From: a virus
Lineage: Duplodnaviria; Heunggongvirae; Uroviricota; Caudoviricetes
Virus record (IMG/VR): IMGVR_UViG_2541047747_000003
Strand: one strand, 5' to 3'
Length of the DNA: 54,039 bases
The notes below the pieces were generated by a model, which ran no database searches, was not told the origin of the DNA, and worked only from the letters and a program-made list of their open reading frames with translations. Shown in pieces: positions 9,505-18,094 of this stretch. The position numbers and the translations under genes were made by a program. Position 1 is the first letter of the stretch. Each line of letters begins with the position of its first letter.

Positions 9505-10152
9505 ATGAAAACAAAATGGTATGACTTAGCAAAGCAGCTCATGCGGGCGCAGGGCATGAGCCAGGATTCACTCGCGGATCGTATGGGGATAACTAAAGGC
9601 GGCCTGTCACACTGGCTGAACGGTCGCCGAGAGCCAAATCTTGAAGATATTGCGCGGATTATGCGCGAGCTTGGTCGTCGGCAGTTTACTGTTACACATG
9701 ATGGCATGGTCATTGATGATTCTGTTTCTAATACACTTCAGGCCGTGCCGCCGCGTGATTTAGGTAGTTACCCGGTTATTGACTGGAAGGACACAGTAAA
9801 CAATATGGATGACGCAAGGCGTTCAGCATTACGACACGTTACGACTAGCGTTATTTGTTCAGATGACAGTTACTGGCTGGTTGCCAAAGGTGAATCAATG
9901 AACGCGCCGCAGGGGTTGAGCATCCCGGCGGGGACGATGATACTTGTGGACCCGCACGCGCCAGCTATTGACGGCAAACTGGTTATAGCCCAGCTTGAGG
10001 AAGGGCAGATACCGACGTTTAAACAGTTGATTATTGATGGAGGTCAAAGGCTTTTACGTTCGCTCAATCCGCTGTATCCGCCAATCCCTATGAATCCAGA
10101 ATCAAAAATTATAGGCGTGGTGGTTGATGCGAAGATCGTAAACCTGCCATAA
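9505..10152 (+). CDS. CI-like repressor (HTH plus S24/LexA-type peptidase domain)
   Basis: 215 aa; N-terminal HTH (QDSLADRMGITKGGLSHWLNG), C-terminal S24-like domain with GESM serine motif and a downstream lysine. Confidence 0.85.
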   Translation: MKTKWYDLAKQLMRAQGMSQDSLADRMGITKGGLSHWLNGRREPNLEDIARIMRELGRRQFTVTHDGMVIDDSVSNTLQAVPPRDLGSYPVIDWKDTVNNMDDARRSALRHVTTSVICSDDSYWLVAKGESMNAPQGLSIPAGTMILVDPHAPAIDGKLVIAQLEEGQIPTFKQLIIDGGQRLLRSLNPLYPPIPMNPESKIIGVVVDAKIVNLP

Positions 10153-10275
10153 ACATTAGCCGCCGGATGGCGGCTTTTCTTTGCCTGGAAAACACCAAAA
10201 CGTAAACAGAAAACGTTATTTATTGTTTAAATATCAATAGCATATAAAATATTTTAAAAAAGTATACAAAATGGA

Positions 10276-10304
10276 TTGACTCGATGTTTTACGGGGCGTA
10301 TATT
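10276..10304 (+). promoter_or_regulatory. Sigma70 promoter (PL-like): -35 TTGACT, 17-bp spacer, -10 TATATT
   Basis: TTGACT at 10276-10281 and TATATT at 10299-10304; flanked by 8-bp inverted repeat TTGACTCG/CGAGTCAA (10276-10283, 10306-10313), a possible operator. Confidence 0.5.
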
Positions 10305-10558
10305 GCGAGTCAAAGGAAGGTCGCAGGTAACAAAAGCAACTTCCTGGCACTTTAAAAATCAGGCTTAACACCTTGTCAACCGTGGAGTAACTCCCCGATG
10401 GGGGACCGAAAGCGGCACTGATAACAAGGCGCATGGGGTGTTTAAAGCGTTACATCCCCCACGAAACCGCACGCAAGGCGACGAGTCAGCTTGCTTGGAG
10501 TGAGCAAGGTCACGCCGGGAACGGCGATGATTGCGGGATTAGTTGAAAGATGTTAAGC

Positions 10559-10596
10559 CGCTCATTAACAATCTGGTCAGCCGCTGGAAGTGCGGC
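10559..10596 (+). promoter_or_regulatory. nut-like antitermination site (boxA-like CGCTCATTA plus boxB-like hairpin)
   Basis: CGCTCATTA at 10559-10567 (one mismatch to boxA CGCTCTTTA); hairpin GCCGC-TGGAAGT-GCGGC at 10580-10596, in the leader between promoter and first gene. Confidence 0.4.
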
Positions 10597-10653
10597 AATT
10601 AACGAAGATGATTTTTTTATTAAGTATCATCAAGGATATACGGAGATCAGATT

Positions 10654-10944
10654 ATGAGCGTTACAATTATATATGGCAAATGTGATAGCAAAATGAATGC
10701 CAGGGAACGCAGAAGGATAAAAAGAGAAAACGAAAGAAAATCATCACCTGCAATCAATAAAACAGACAATGTGGATAAAGCTATTCGATTTGCAAACGAG
10801 GAAAGATGCAAACCAAATAGCATTAAAGAACGTCGCAAAGGATCAGTAAAATGGTATACGGAAAATGAAAGCGGCAGCTACTACCACGCAACGCAACCAC
10901 GCCATTTAGGGGAAAAACCCCTGGATAAAGTCCGCTACCATTAA
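10654..10944 (+). CDS. Putative N-like antiterminator (arginine-rich motif protein)
   Basis: 96 aa, first gene after the promoter; N-terminal arginine-rich segment NARERRRIKRENERK; RBS AAGGATATACGGAG. Confidence 0.4.
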   Translation: MSVTIIYGKCDSKMNARERRRIKRENERKSSPAINKTDNVDKAIRFANEERCKPNSIKERRKGSVKWYTENESGSYYHATQPRHLGEKPLDKVRYH

Positions 10945-10974
10945 TACAAAATGTAAACATTTGGAGGTGACATT

Positions 10975-11097
10975 ATGGTTATTCTGGCGCTTCAATTCAA
11001 ACTGGCGGTAGCGGAAATGCTTCATGATGCCGAAATGTGGAGCGCCGCGAATAAAGCCTTATACATAGTGTTAACAGCGAAGGAGATTAAAGGGTGA
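10975..11097 (+). CDS. Hypothetical small protein (40 aa)
   Basis: Hand-translated ORF with strong RBS GGAGGTGA; stop overlaps the erf start. Confidence 0.35.
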   Translation: MVILALQFKLAVAEMLHDAEMWSAANKALYIVLTAKEIKG

Positions 11098-11735
11098 AAA
11101 CAGAGTTACATAAAAAACTATGGACGATTCAGCAAACGCTGAATGCGCCGAAAAATCAGCGTAATAACTTCGGTGGCTATAATTACAGGTCTGCGGAGGA
11201 TATTTTAGAGGCGGTTAAACCACTGCTTCAAAATATCACACTGACTGTTAGTGATGAAATTGTCCTGATCGGCAATCGCTATTATGTGAAAGCAACGGCG
11301 ACGCTAAGCGACGGTGAAGATGTAATAGCGGTAACTGCTTATGCCAGGGAGGAAGAAAGCAAGAAGGGTATGGACGCCAGCCAGCTAACAGGAGCAACAT
11401 CAAGTTACGCGCGTAAATATGCTTTGAACGGTTTATTCTGCATAGATGATGCTCGCGATCCTGATACTGATGCTTACGCGAAGCAGACAGGCCTGCAGCA
11501 GCGACAACAGAAAAACCCACCAAAACAACAACCGCAGCAGAAGAAAGCGCCGCCAAATCCTGATGAAGTATTAGCACGTTTCTGTGATGCAGCAGCGAAA
11601 GCGCAGGACGCTAACAAGCTGCGTGAAATATTTGGCAAATGCTGGAAATTACTACCGGAAGGATCGGAACATCGAATCAAGGCAAAAGATGTTTATGACA
11701 TCCGGGTAGCAGAGCTTAACGGGGAGATGTGTTAA
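11094..11735 (+). CDS. erf: Erf-family single-strand annealing protein
   Basis: 213 aa with GTG start after an AGGAG RBS; N-terminal region resembles P22 Erf-type proteins; sits directly upstream of ssb. Confidence 0.7.
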   Translation: MKTELHKKLWTIQQTLNAPKNQRNNFGGYNYRSAEDILEAVKPLLQNITLTVSDEIVLIGNRYYVKATATLSDGEDVIAVTAYAREEESKKGMDASQLTGATSSYARKYALNGLFCIDDARDPDTDAYAKQTGLQQRQQKNPPKQQPQQKKAPPNPDEVLARFCDAAAKAQDANKLREIFGKCWKLLPEGSEHRIKAKDVYDIRVAELNGEMC

Positions 11736-12154
11736 TGAGTTTAAATTCAATCACGCTGGGCGGGAATATCGGTAATGATATGGAGGTTCGCTACACACAA
11801 AACGGGAAAGCGATTGGTAGTTTTCCGTTAGCTGTAACGAATGGCTACGGCGATAATAAGCGGGTAATGTGGATCACTTGCCTGGTATTTGGCGAGCGTG
11901 CGGAAAAATTGGCGCCACATATCCGTAAGGGTGGAAAAATAGTGGTAAGCGGTCGCCTGGATGTTCGGCAATATGACCGGAACGACGGCACGAAGGGGAC
12001 TGCGGTAGAAGTGGCGGTTAATGAATTTGAATTCATGAATGTTAACCAACAAGGCCAGCAGCAAGGACAGCAGCAGAAAGCGCCGCCGCAGCAGCAGAAT
12101 AATAACGGGAATAATCCGCCTCCGATGGACTTCGACGACGATATTCCTTTTTAG
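11735..12154 (+). CDS. ssb: Single-stranded DNA-binding protein
   Basis: OB-fold core, Gln/Gly-rich linker and acidic C-terminal tail ending DDDIPF. Confidence 0.85.
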   Translation: MSLNSITLGGNIGNDMEVRYTQNGKAIGSFPLAVTNGYGDNKRVMWITCLVFGERAEKLAPHIRKGGKIVVSGRLDVRQYDRNDGTKGTAVEVAVNEFEFMNVNQQGQQQGQQQKAPPQQQNNNGNNPPPMDFDDDIPF

Positions 12155-12170
12155 AATCAATGCGTTAGCT

Positions 12171-12449
12171 ATGAGTGATTATCTAAAACCGCCACCGCAA
12201 CCACGAACAAAAGAGCAAGTATTAAAAGAAGCCCGCGATCAAATCGATCGCGGGCTTTTTTTATGCGGCACGGCAGCGGATCGAATGGCGAAAAGATTTA
12301 GTGACCTGTACGCGAAGCAAATCTGGTTTGACAACTGGCGAGCGAGTTCTTACCCGCTACAGAAAACTGATGATATGCAGTGGCCTGAATATGTTGATCC
12401 ACGAATGCGCAAATATCGCGGGCGTATGGGCAAGGTTATTAACGATTAA
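12171..12449 (+). CDS. Hypothetical protein (start uncertain)
   Basis: ORF contains a strong intrinsic-terminator-like hairpin at 12229-12263, so the true start may be further downstream. Confidence 0.3.
   Translation: MSDYLKPPPQPRTKEQVLKEARDQIDRGLFLCGTAADRMAKRFSDLYAKQIWFDNWRASSYPLQKTDDMQWPEYVDPRMRKYRGRMGKVIND
12229..12263 (+). terminator. Rho-independent terminator-like hairpin (tL-like)
   Basis: Perfect 10-bp stem GCCCGCGATC / GATCGCGGGC with 5-nt loop, followed by seven T. Confidence 0.5.
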
Positions 12450-12461
12450 TGAGGTATTACC

Positions 12462-12713
12462 ATGACAGCTACAACATTAAGCGAAAATAACGGGCGCGGT
12501 TTTCAGGGGACTGCGGAAACCTCAGACGATGGTGATGTATTTGTCGAATTCGGTGGCGGTAACTATGAATTCGAAACGTCGGCGGGCTGGCACGATAAAT
12601 GGCCTTTCCCGACGCGCAAGGAATTAAGCGATCGAAAAACATTTGGCGAAGATGCCGAACGCCTGGCGAATAATAAATGGATGGATAAATTTATTGCGGA
12701 GGCTGAAAAATGA
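12462..12713 (+). CDS. Hypothetical protein
   Basis: 83-aa ORF with RBS GAGGTA. Confidence 0.5.
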   Translation: MTATTLSENNGRGFQGTAETSDDGDVFVEFGGGNYEFETSAGWHDKWPFPTRKELSDRKTFGEDAERLANNKWMDKFIAEAEK

Positions 12714-12823
12714 GTTTTGCAAAAATTGCAGCATTGGCTGCGGCGGTGGCGATCGCGGCGCTATATCTTAGCTTATCGCTTTATATTACGGTGGCGATCA
12801 TCAAGCTGATTACAACTATGTGA
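12710..12823 (+). CDS. Small hydrophobic peptide (37 aa)
   Basis: Hand-translated MSFAKIAALAAAVAIAALYLSLSLYITVAIIKLITTM; RBS GGAGG; start overlaps the upstream stop. Confidence 0.35.
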   Translation: MSFAKIAALAAAVAIAALYLSLSLYITVAIIKLITTM

Positions 12824-12830
12824 GGCAATC

Positions 12831-12953
12831 ATGAGAGTCAGTAAGGATATTGTGACGGTCGCGTTTTGCGTTATTTGTTTCCTGTTTGCGGTTGTGTTTT
12901 GTGGCGCACTTGCGGCAGTGATTAGCTTTATTGGTAAGGGGGTGATGTTATGA
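12831..12953 (+). CDS. Small hydrophobic peptide (40 aa)
   Basis: Hand-translated MRVSKDIVTVAFCVICFLFAVVFCGALAAVISFIGKGVML; coupled to the next gene. Confidence 0.35.
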   Translation: MRVSKDIVTVAFCVICFLFAVVFCGALAAVISFIGKGVML

Positions 12954-13222
12954 CTCTGTGGGATGCAAAAGAAGGTGATCTCGTTGTCTTGCCAGCATAT
13001 CGTAGTGATCTCGGGCTGGTCGTACTGAATAAAACATGTAGCGACATTCAACGCCCGATCCTGGTTAGATACTTAGACGGCACGATGATCGAACCGCGTT
13101 TCTTCGACAAAGTTGAACTGAAGGCCCGCAATGTTCGCGTTAAGCCTTTCCGGGCTTATGTTGAAAATCACTGGCGTAAATTGTTCGCCGGACTGAATGG
13201 GATGTTCGGCGTATGGCTATAA
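12950..13222 (+). CDS. Hypothetical protein
   Basis: 90-aa ORF in the coupled early array. Confidence 0.5.
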   Translation: MTLWDAKEGDLVVLPAYRSDLGLVVLNKTCSDIQRPILVRYLDGTMIEPRFFDKVELKARNVRVKPFRAYVENHWRKLFAGLNGMFGVWL

Positions 13223-13404
13223 AATTAGTGAAGGTTAAACACCTGAAAGGCGGTGAAAGATTAATGTCATGGTGGGGACATGAATTTATTGCTACTGCCT
13301 TTCATTTCGGCCTAGGTGGTCAAGTAACAATATTTGATGAAGATTACGACGAGGTGGGGCAATGGCATCTTGAGCAATATGTCGAGGTGTTAAATGAAAA
13401 TTAA
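13213..13404 (+). CDS. Hypothetical protein
   Basis: 63-aa ORF overlapping its neighbours. Confidence 0.45.
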   Translation: MAIKLVKVKHLKGGERLMSWWGHEFIATAFHFGLGGQVTIFDEDYDEVGQWHLEQYVEVLNEN

Positions 13405-13726
13405 ATTCCACAAAGCGTATGACGCTAACACAAACAAGCTATCACTATTTATCGAATTCGAACGCCGGATCGTGGTAGTGCCTTGGTCGCGGCGCTTTAA
13501 TGACGCCGCCGGATGTAGACAATTCGCGGTCGATATGCTGTTACGCGGCTGCGGCCTTATGCGTCCGCTATCTGATTTAAAACGAATGATGCCGGGATCG
13601 TTCGGTCAGATTGATGAAATAGAAATAAGCCCGGAAGAACTGAAACGTGAGCGTGATTTATTCCTTTCAAGCGAAGGAAACCCGTTTAATTCAGAAACTG
13701 AAATGAAATGGCATCATCCACTATAA
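13394..13726 (+). CDS. Hypothetical protein
   Basis: 110-aa ORF. Confidence 0.5.
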   Translation: MKIKFHKAYDANTNKLSLFIEFERRIVVVPWSRRFNDAAGCRQFAVDMLLRGCGLMRPLSDLKRMMPGSFGQIDEIEISPEELKRERDLFLSSEGNPFNSETEMKWHHPL

Positions 13727-13737
13727 GGGTAAATATT

Positions 13738-14358
13738 ATGAACAATATCAAAACGGCTTATTCACTCGGCAGCGAAGGCATGTTAATTACTCGCTACACA
13801 GAGGACGCGAGCTTTCACGAAGTGGTAACTAAGGATTATCACGAAGTTTTAAAAGATATGGAAGCAGGAGTGTATGACAGTGACTTAAATCTGGCGCTAC
13901 AGATTGTTGATATTATGATGGATGCATCAATCCGCGATTACGTGTCTTTAAGCATGGAAGAAAAAACATCGGTAGCGCGTTATGTGTTCTGCCTCACTTT
14001 CGTAAGACGCATGGAGGAGGAATTCGGACGCGCACCAGTGCCGGAAGATGTTGATCCGCTCGCGTTCGGAAGTGCTGTTATTTTCCCGTTGAACAAGGAT
14101 CTGCTTGGCAGTGTTTCACTGCATTCTATGCGCGGCCTGATGAAAAAGGTCTTTGAGGTTAAGATGTTGCAGAAATTTATTGAGGAAGGACACGAAGAAG
14201 TGAACGTTAAGGCGTTTATTCCGGTGCTTTACGGAAAATTTGTTGGCGATGATATGCGCGCTAATGAATTCGGCGTACAGGCGGCTATAGCTACGCTTAA
14301 CGAAGCAATGAAAAGTGCACAGCCTATTCATGAACAGGAAAAACGTGTACTGCATTAA
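13738..14358 (+). CDS. Hypothetical protein
   Basis: Start chosen at MNNIKTAY; about 206 aa. Confidence 0.5.
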   Translation: MNNIKTAYSLGSEGMLITRYTEDASFHEVVTKDYHEVLKDMEAGVYDSDLNLALQIVDIMMDASIRDYVSLSMEEKTSVARYVFCLTFVRRMEEEFGRAPVPEDVDPLAFGSAVIFPLNKDLLGSVSLHSMRGLMKKVFEVKMLQKFIEEGHEEVNVKAFIPVLYGKFVGDDMRANEFGVQAAIATLNEAMKSAQPIHEQEKRVLH

Positions 14359-14456
14359 CAGCGTGATTGCGATCACATAAATATACATTTTGTATTGCGA
14401 TCGCATATCCGTTTTGTAAACTGAAATTAAGAGGTTTACGGCACGGAGGAAACAAG

Positions 14457-14675
14457 ATGGAACGCGAATTGATGCTTTATTGCGTAGAAGGTGGCGTAGG
14501 TCACGATGCCTACGTCGCCGGGAAAGGCTACCCAGCCGATGAAGTGCTTTCTAATATGCACTTCAGAGAAAATGAAAGCCAGGTGTCTGTGTGGAAACGG
14601 TGCATTGATGGTATTGAGGTTGTAAGTATCGAACGGTATTTAGGCACGTTCGATTACGGTGTTATTGAGGCTTAA
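14457..14675 (+). CDS. Hypothetical protein
   Basis: Start chosen at MERELMLY with RBS GGAGGAAACAAG. Confidence 0.45.
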   Translation: MERELMLYCVEGGVGHDAYVAGKGYPADEVLSNMHFRENESQVSVWKRCIDGIEVVSIERYLGTFDYGVIEA

Positions 14676-14773
14676 TTATGGACGACACATTGTTTTATAT
14701 GTGCTGTTGCTGGGGTTTTATTGCCTTATGTCTGTTTATCAGGTGGTTTATTGAATACCATATGAGGTGAGGC

Positions 14774-14968
14774 ATGGAACAGAAAACTGATTATAGAATA
14801 CCTGACAACCTGAAGTTGGTTGGTATTGGTTTTGGCTGTCATTTTGTATCTGACACAAACGGTGCAATTTATTTAGTGCGCATCATTGATGGCGTTCAGC
14901 ATATAAGAAGGCTAGGACTTTACATCAAAGCATTCAGAAGGGGTTATTTAAAAACTCATGAAATTTAA
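14774..14968 (+). CDS. Hypothetical protein
   Basis: 64-aa ORF with RBS GAGGTGAGG. Confidence 0.4.
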   Translation: MEQKTDYRIPDNLKLVGIGFGCHFVSDTNGAIYLVRIIDGVQHIRRLGLYIKAFRRGYLKTHEI

Positions 14969-15161
14969 ACATTACATGGAATGGAAAATTCCAGAAGCAG
15001 CAACAAAGGCAGCGCCAGGAAATTATTCTGGCGTTTATTTTTATATGGATGGCAAATGGTATTTCGGCAGCAGGCCGGATCACTATTATCAGGAAATATG
15101 CAAGCCTCACGTATGGGATATTAAAGAGCGTGTGAAAGGCGGGGTAATTGAGGACGTTTAA
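14958..15161 (+). CDS. Hypothetical protein
   Basis: 67-aa ORF. Confidence 0.45.
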   Translation: MKFKHYMEWKIPEAATKAAPGNYSGVYFYMDGKWYFGSRPDHYYQEICKPHVWDIKERVKGGVIEDV

Positions 15162-15162
15162 A

Positions 15163-15399
15163 ATGCTTAAGAGCTTTTTTAACTGGTTGGGGGCGTGGCT
15201 TTTGGCTACGCTTTTTGTTTTCCTGGCGGCCATGACTGTTATCGGTGTTATTATGCTGGGGGCTATTTTTATTACGTGGTCGCTTCCTGAATTTAACGAC
15301 ATTGGGAATATTCTTTTTGCAGCCCGCGCTTTATTGGCTGTTAGCGCATTCATTGGTTTTTGCTGGACTGCCGCGCCGGATTGGACTGACACATGGTGA
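15163..15399 (+). CDS. Hypothetical membrane protein
   Basis: Start chosen at MLKSFFNW; two predicted transmembrane segments. Confidence 0.4.
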   Translation: MLKSFFNWLGAWLLATLFVFLAAMTVIGVIMLGAIFITWSLPEFNDIGNILFAARALLAVSAFIGFCWTAAPDWTDTW

Positions 15400-15403
15400 T
15401 CCT

Positions 15404-15637
15404 ATGGCCTTATTCAATATGTCAGAGCCGCAATTTAACGCCGTAAAGACTGCCGCCCGCGCCGCGCTTTCGGCCTGCAAAGCGGAGGTAGAGAAGAACG
15501 GCTACAGCGATAAAGCCACGCGGCTGATATTAGATAAGCATTATCGCAAGGTCGCCCCGCTAATCAGTATTGAGCGTTTTGTGTGGTTGGTGGGGTATCT
15601 GAATAACCGCTGGGGAACAGATCATGATTATTTCTAA
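15404..15637 (+). CDS. Hypothetical protein
   Basis: Start chosen at MALFNMSEPQ. Confidence 0.4.
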   Translation: MALFNMSEPQFNAVKTAARAALSACKAEVEKNGYSDKATRLILDKHYRKVAPLISIERFVWLVGYLNNRWGTDHDYF

Positions 15638-15646
15638 GGGGGCGTA

Positions 15647-16186
15647 ATGAAAAATGATTACGGCGGCAGCCATACGCCGAAAGAAATAAAGGACTTATGG
15701 CAAACGCCAAAACCCGTTTTTAGAGGAATGGATCGAGAATTCGAGTTCGTCGCGGATGTGGCGGCAAACAAGGCAAACGCATTAATACCGCGATATATAA
15801 CCGAAGAAATGGACACGCTCCATTATCCGTGGGGAGCGGTGGCGATGCCTGGTGAGTATGTCTGGATGAATCCGCCATATTCTAATCCGGGGCCATTCGT
15901 TGATAAAGCGGCGCTTGAACACAGCCGAAATCATATCGGATGCGTAATGTTATTGCCCGCTGACATTTCTGTTAGCTGGTTTATGAACGGCGTGGAGACG
16001 GCAAACGAATGCCGATTAATCACGCGCGGGCGGCTGGCGTTTATCAATGCTGCAACAGGGAAACCAGTAAGCGGGAACAATAAGGGGAGCTTGTTCCTGA
16101 TCTGGCATCCACGATGCAGACATGAATGTATTTTCACGCAGATAACACGTAAAGAGCTATATGCAAGAGGTGCAGAAAATGAATAA
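15647..16186 (+). CDS. Phage DNA N6-adenine methyltransferase (Dam-type)
   Basis: 179 aa; catalytic NPPYS motif plus LLPADISVSWF and GRLAFINAATGKPVSGNNKGSLFLIW blocks typical of phage N6-A methyltransferases. Confidence 0.85.
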   Translation: MKNDYGGSHTPKEIKDLWQTPKPVFRGMDREFEFVADVAANKANALIPRYITEEMDTLHYPWGAVAMPGEYVWMNPPYSNPGPFVDKAALEHSRNHIGCVMLLPADISVSWFMNGVETANECRLITRGRLAFINAATGKPVSGNNKGSLFLIWHPRCRHECIFTQITRKELYARGAENE

Positions 16187-16499
16187 AGCGGCTGAATTGC
16201 TGAGACTTGCGGCTGAAACTATCGAGGCAAGAGGGGAGCAAAACGGATACGATCGAAAAGAAGAAAAATCAGCGCCAAAAATAGCGGCTATTTTCAACGC
16301 TAAGATGAATGCGAATTTAACCCCACTTGATGTATGGGATCTAATGATTTGCCTCAAGGAAGCGCGTTTAGGGGCTATTCTCGCTAATGGAACTGATCCG
16401 CTCGACACTCTTATAGACCTTATTGCTTATAACGCGCTTAAGGCCGAACAGATATTAGCGTATCGGGAGGAAGAGCTAAATGAAGATGGTGGCAATTGA
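16179..16499 (+). CDS. Hypothetical protein
   Basis: Start chosen at MNKAAELL. Confidence 0.45.
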   Translation: MNKAAELLRLAAETIEARGEQNGYDRKEEKSAPKIAAIFNAKMNANLTPLDVWDLMICLKEARLGAILANGTDPLDTLIDLIAYNALKAEQILAYREEELNEDGGN

Positions 16500-16983
16500 C
16501 AGGTTATTAGCCTGCGTTTATGTCGCCGTTTTCGTTATCATCAATCTTATTGTTAACCACTGTGGCCCGTGGGTAATTCCGATCACCACGGTAGCCGCCG
16601 TGTGTGTCAATATGATGATTCGTGATTTTCTGTTATATGACGGCGGCCTTAAATGGTCGGCTACAACATGCGCCGCCGCTGGCGCAATCACGGTGCTGAT
16701 AAATTACGACGCCGGAATGGTGGCGATCGCGTCATTCGTCGCGGTTGTTTCCGGTGCGCTTATTTCTGGCGGCGTTTACCGGGTTTTACCTGGTGATTTC
16801 GATTCTAAACGCTGGCCTGCAAATATAGCGTCCGCCATTGGCGATGCGTTAATTTTCCCAACGCTATCGTTTATGGCATTCATGCCGGAAATATCAGCTA
16901 TGCAATTCATCTCAAAAATGGCGGCGGTAACGGTGATCACTATCATCATGCGCCGCTACTTTACGTTCGAGGGTAGGAAATGA
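16480..16983 (+). CDS. Integral membrane protein (possible VUT/YhhQ-like transporter, uncertain)
   Basis: 167 aa with four or five hydrophobic helices; weak resemblance to the DUF165 family. Confidence 0.5.
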   Translation: MKMVAIDRLLACVYVAVFVIINLIVNHCGPWVIPITTVAAVCVNMMIRDFLLYDGGLKWSATTCAAAGAITVLINYDAGMVAIASFVAVVSGALISGGVYRVLPGDFDSKRWPANIASAIGDALIFPTLSFMAFMPEISAMQFISKMAAVTVITIIMRRYFTFEGRK

Positions 16984-17744
16984 GTGGGCTTAGAAATTGG
17001 GTGGTGTGGTCGCTGTACGACGGCAGCGGATACGCCGTTAAAGATTGGGCCGACGCTGGTTATAAATGCTATTGCTTCAACTATGATGGCGCTAATCACG
17101 GCGATTATGAAGGCGTCAAAATCATTCATCCGAACATTGAGTATATCAACGTATGGATTGACAGCCATTTCCTGGTAATGTTCTCCCCTGAATTGTCTGT
17201 TTATCCAAATCCTGACATTATCCTGGGCTTTCCTCCGTGCGACGATCTTGCGGTGTCCGGCGCTCGCTGGTTTGCTGATAAGCGGAAAAAAGAACCTTAC
17301 TTCCAGCAGAAGGCGGCATACAACGCAAAACTGGTAGAAACGCTTGCTGATATGTACCACGTCCCGTGGATGGTGGAAAATCCGGTAGGTGCGCTGTCAA
17401 CGTTATGGCGCAAACCTGATTTTATCTTCAACCCGTGCGCTTACGGTGGCTACCTGCCTGAAGACGACAAACACCCTGCTTTCCCTGAATACATAGCTGC
17501 CCGCGACGCATACACGAAGAAAACTTGTATCTGGTGCGGGAATGGATTTAAGCAGCCGCTATTCCGGCCTGTACCTATGCCGGATGAATGGGAAGACAGC
17601 AAACAGCACGCGAAGTTAGGAGGAAAGTCGAAACGCACTAAGATGATCCGCTCACTAACGCCGCGCGGCTTTGCCCGTGCTGTATTCCTGGCTAACGACC
17701 GGGCCATCACTCGTACTACGCTTAACCGCATTTTACCGGACTAA
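16980..17744 (+). CDS. DNA cytosine-5 methyltransferase-like protein (divergent motifs)
   Basis: 254 aa; motif I-like LYDGSG, motif IV-like GFPPCDD (PCQ-like), motif VI-like VENPVG; no large target-recognition domain. Confidence 0.5.
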   Translation: MSGLRNWVVWSLYDGSGYAVKDWADAGYKCYCFNYDGANHGDYEGVKIIHPNIEYINVWIDSHFLVMFSPELSVYPNPDIILGFPPCDDLAVSGARWFADKRKKEPYFQQKAAYNAKLVETLADMYHVPWMVENPVGALSTLWRKPDFIFNPCAYGGYLPEDDKHPAFPEYIAARDAYTKKTCIWCGNGFKQPLFRPVPMPDEWEDSKQHAKLGGKSKRTKMIRSLTPRGFARAVFLANDRAITRTTLNRILPD

Positions 17745-17903
17745 AGTTTACAAAATGGCATCATTGCGTGATGCGGATCACATAATGGCGCTTTTTGCCT
17801 TGTTTGGGGGTATCCATTTTGTATACTTCAAGCAAACAAAATGCTCTTTAAAAATCCGGCAGCGCTGAAATGCGTAGAAATCACCTGAAAAGGAGAGAGC
17901 ATT

Positions 17904-18080
17904 ATGTCTTTTGATGATTACCAATGGCATGACGACTATGAACGAGAAAGCGTCATGCGTGCAATGTGCAATGTATGCAGCACGAAAAAAGGAGAATGTA
18001 ACGAGTACAACGAATGTGTAGATCACTCGCTAAGGGCCGGACACGCCGAAAGGCTGAACGAAACAGAGAATCAAAAATAA
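17904..18080 (+). CDS. Hypothetical small Cys-rich protein (58 aa)
   Basis: Hand-translated MSFDDYQWHDDYERESVMRAMCNVCSTKKGECNEYNECVDH...; RBS AAAAGGAGAGAG. Confidence 0.35.
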   Translation: MSFDDYQWHDDYERESVMRAMCNVCSTKKGECNEYNECVDHSLRAGHAERLNETENQK

Positions 18081-18094
18081 TTGGGGTGGTTTTT

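Noticed and set aside
10234-10434. 66-aa minus-strand ORF between the repressor and the N-like gene
   Set aside because: Overlaps the early promoter and leader; no RBS; the region is better explained as promoter plus nut-like leader.
11248-11680. Two minus-strand ORFs (109 and 68 aa) inside the erf gene
   Set aside because: Shadow ORFs antisense to a gene with recognisable family features.
16480-16983. Membrane protein as evidence of a 7-deazaguanine (queuosine-precursor) DNA modification system
   Set aside because: Similarity to YhhQ/VUT transporters is weak, and no DpdA/TGT-like or preQ0 biosynthesis genes are present; kept as a generic membrane protein.
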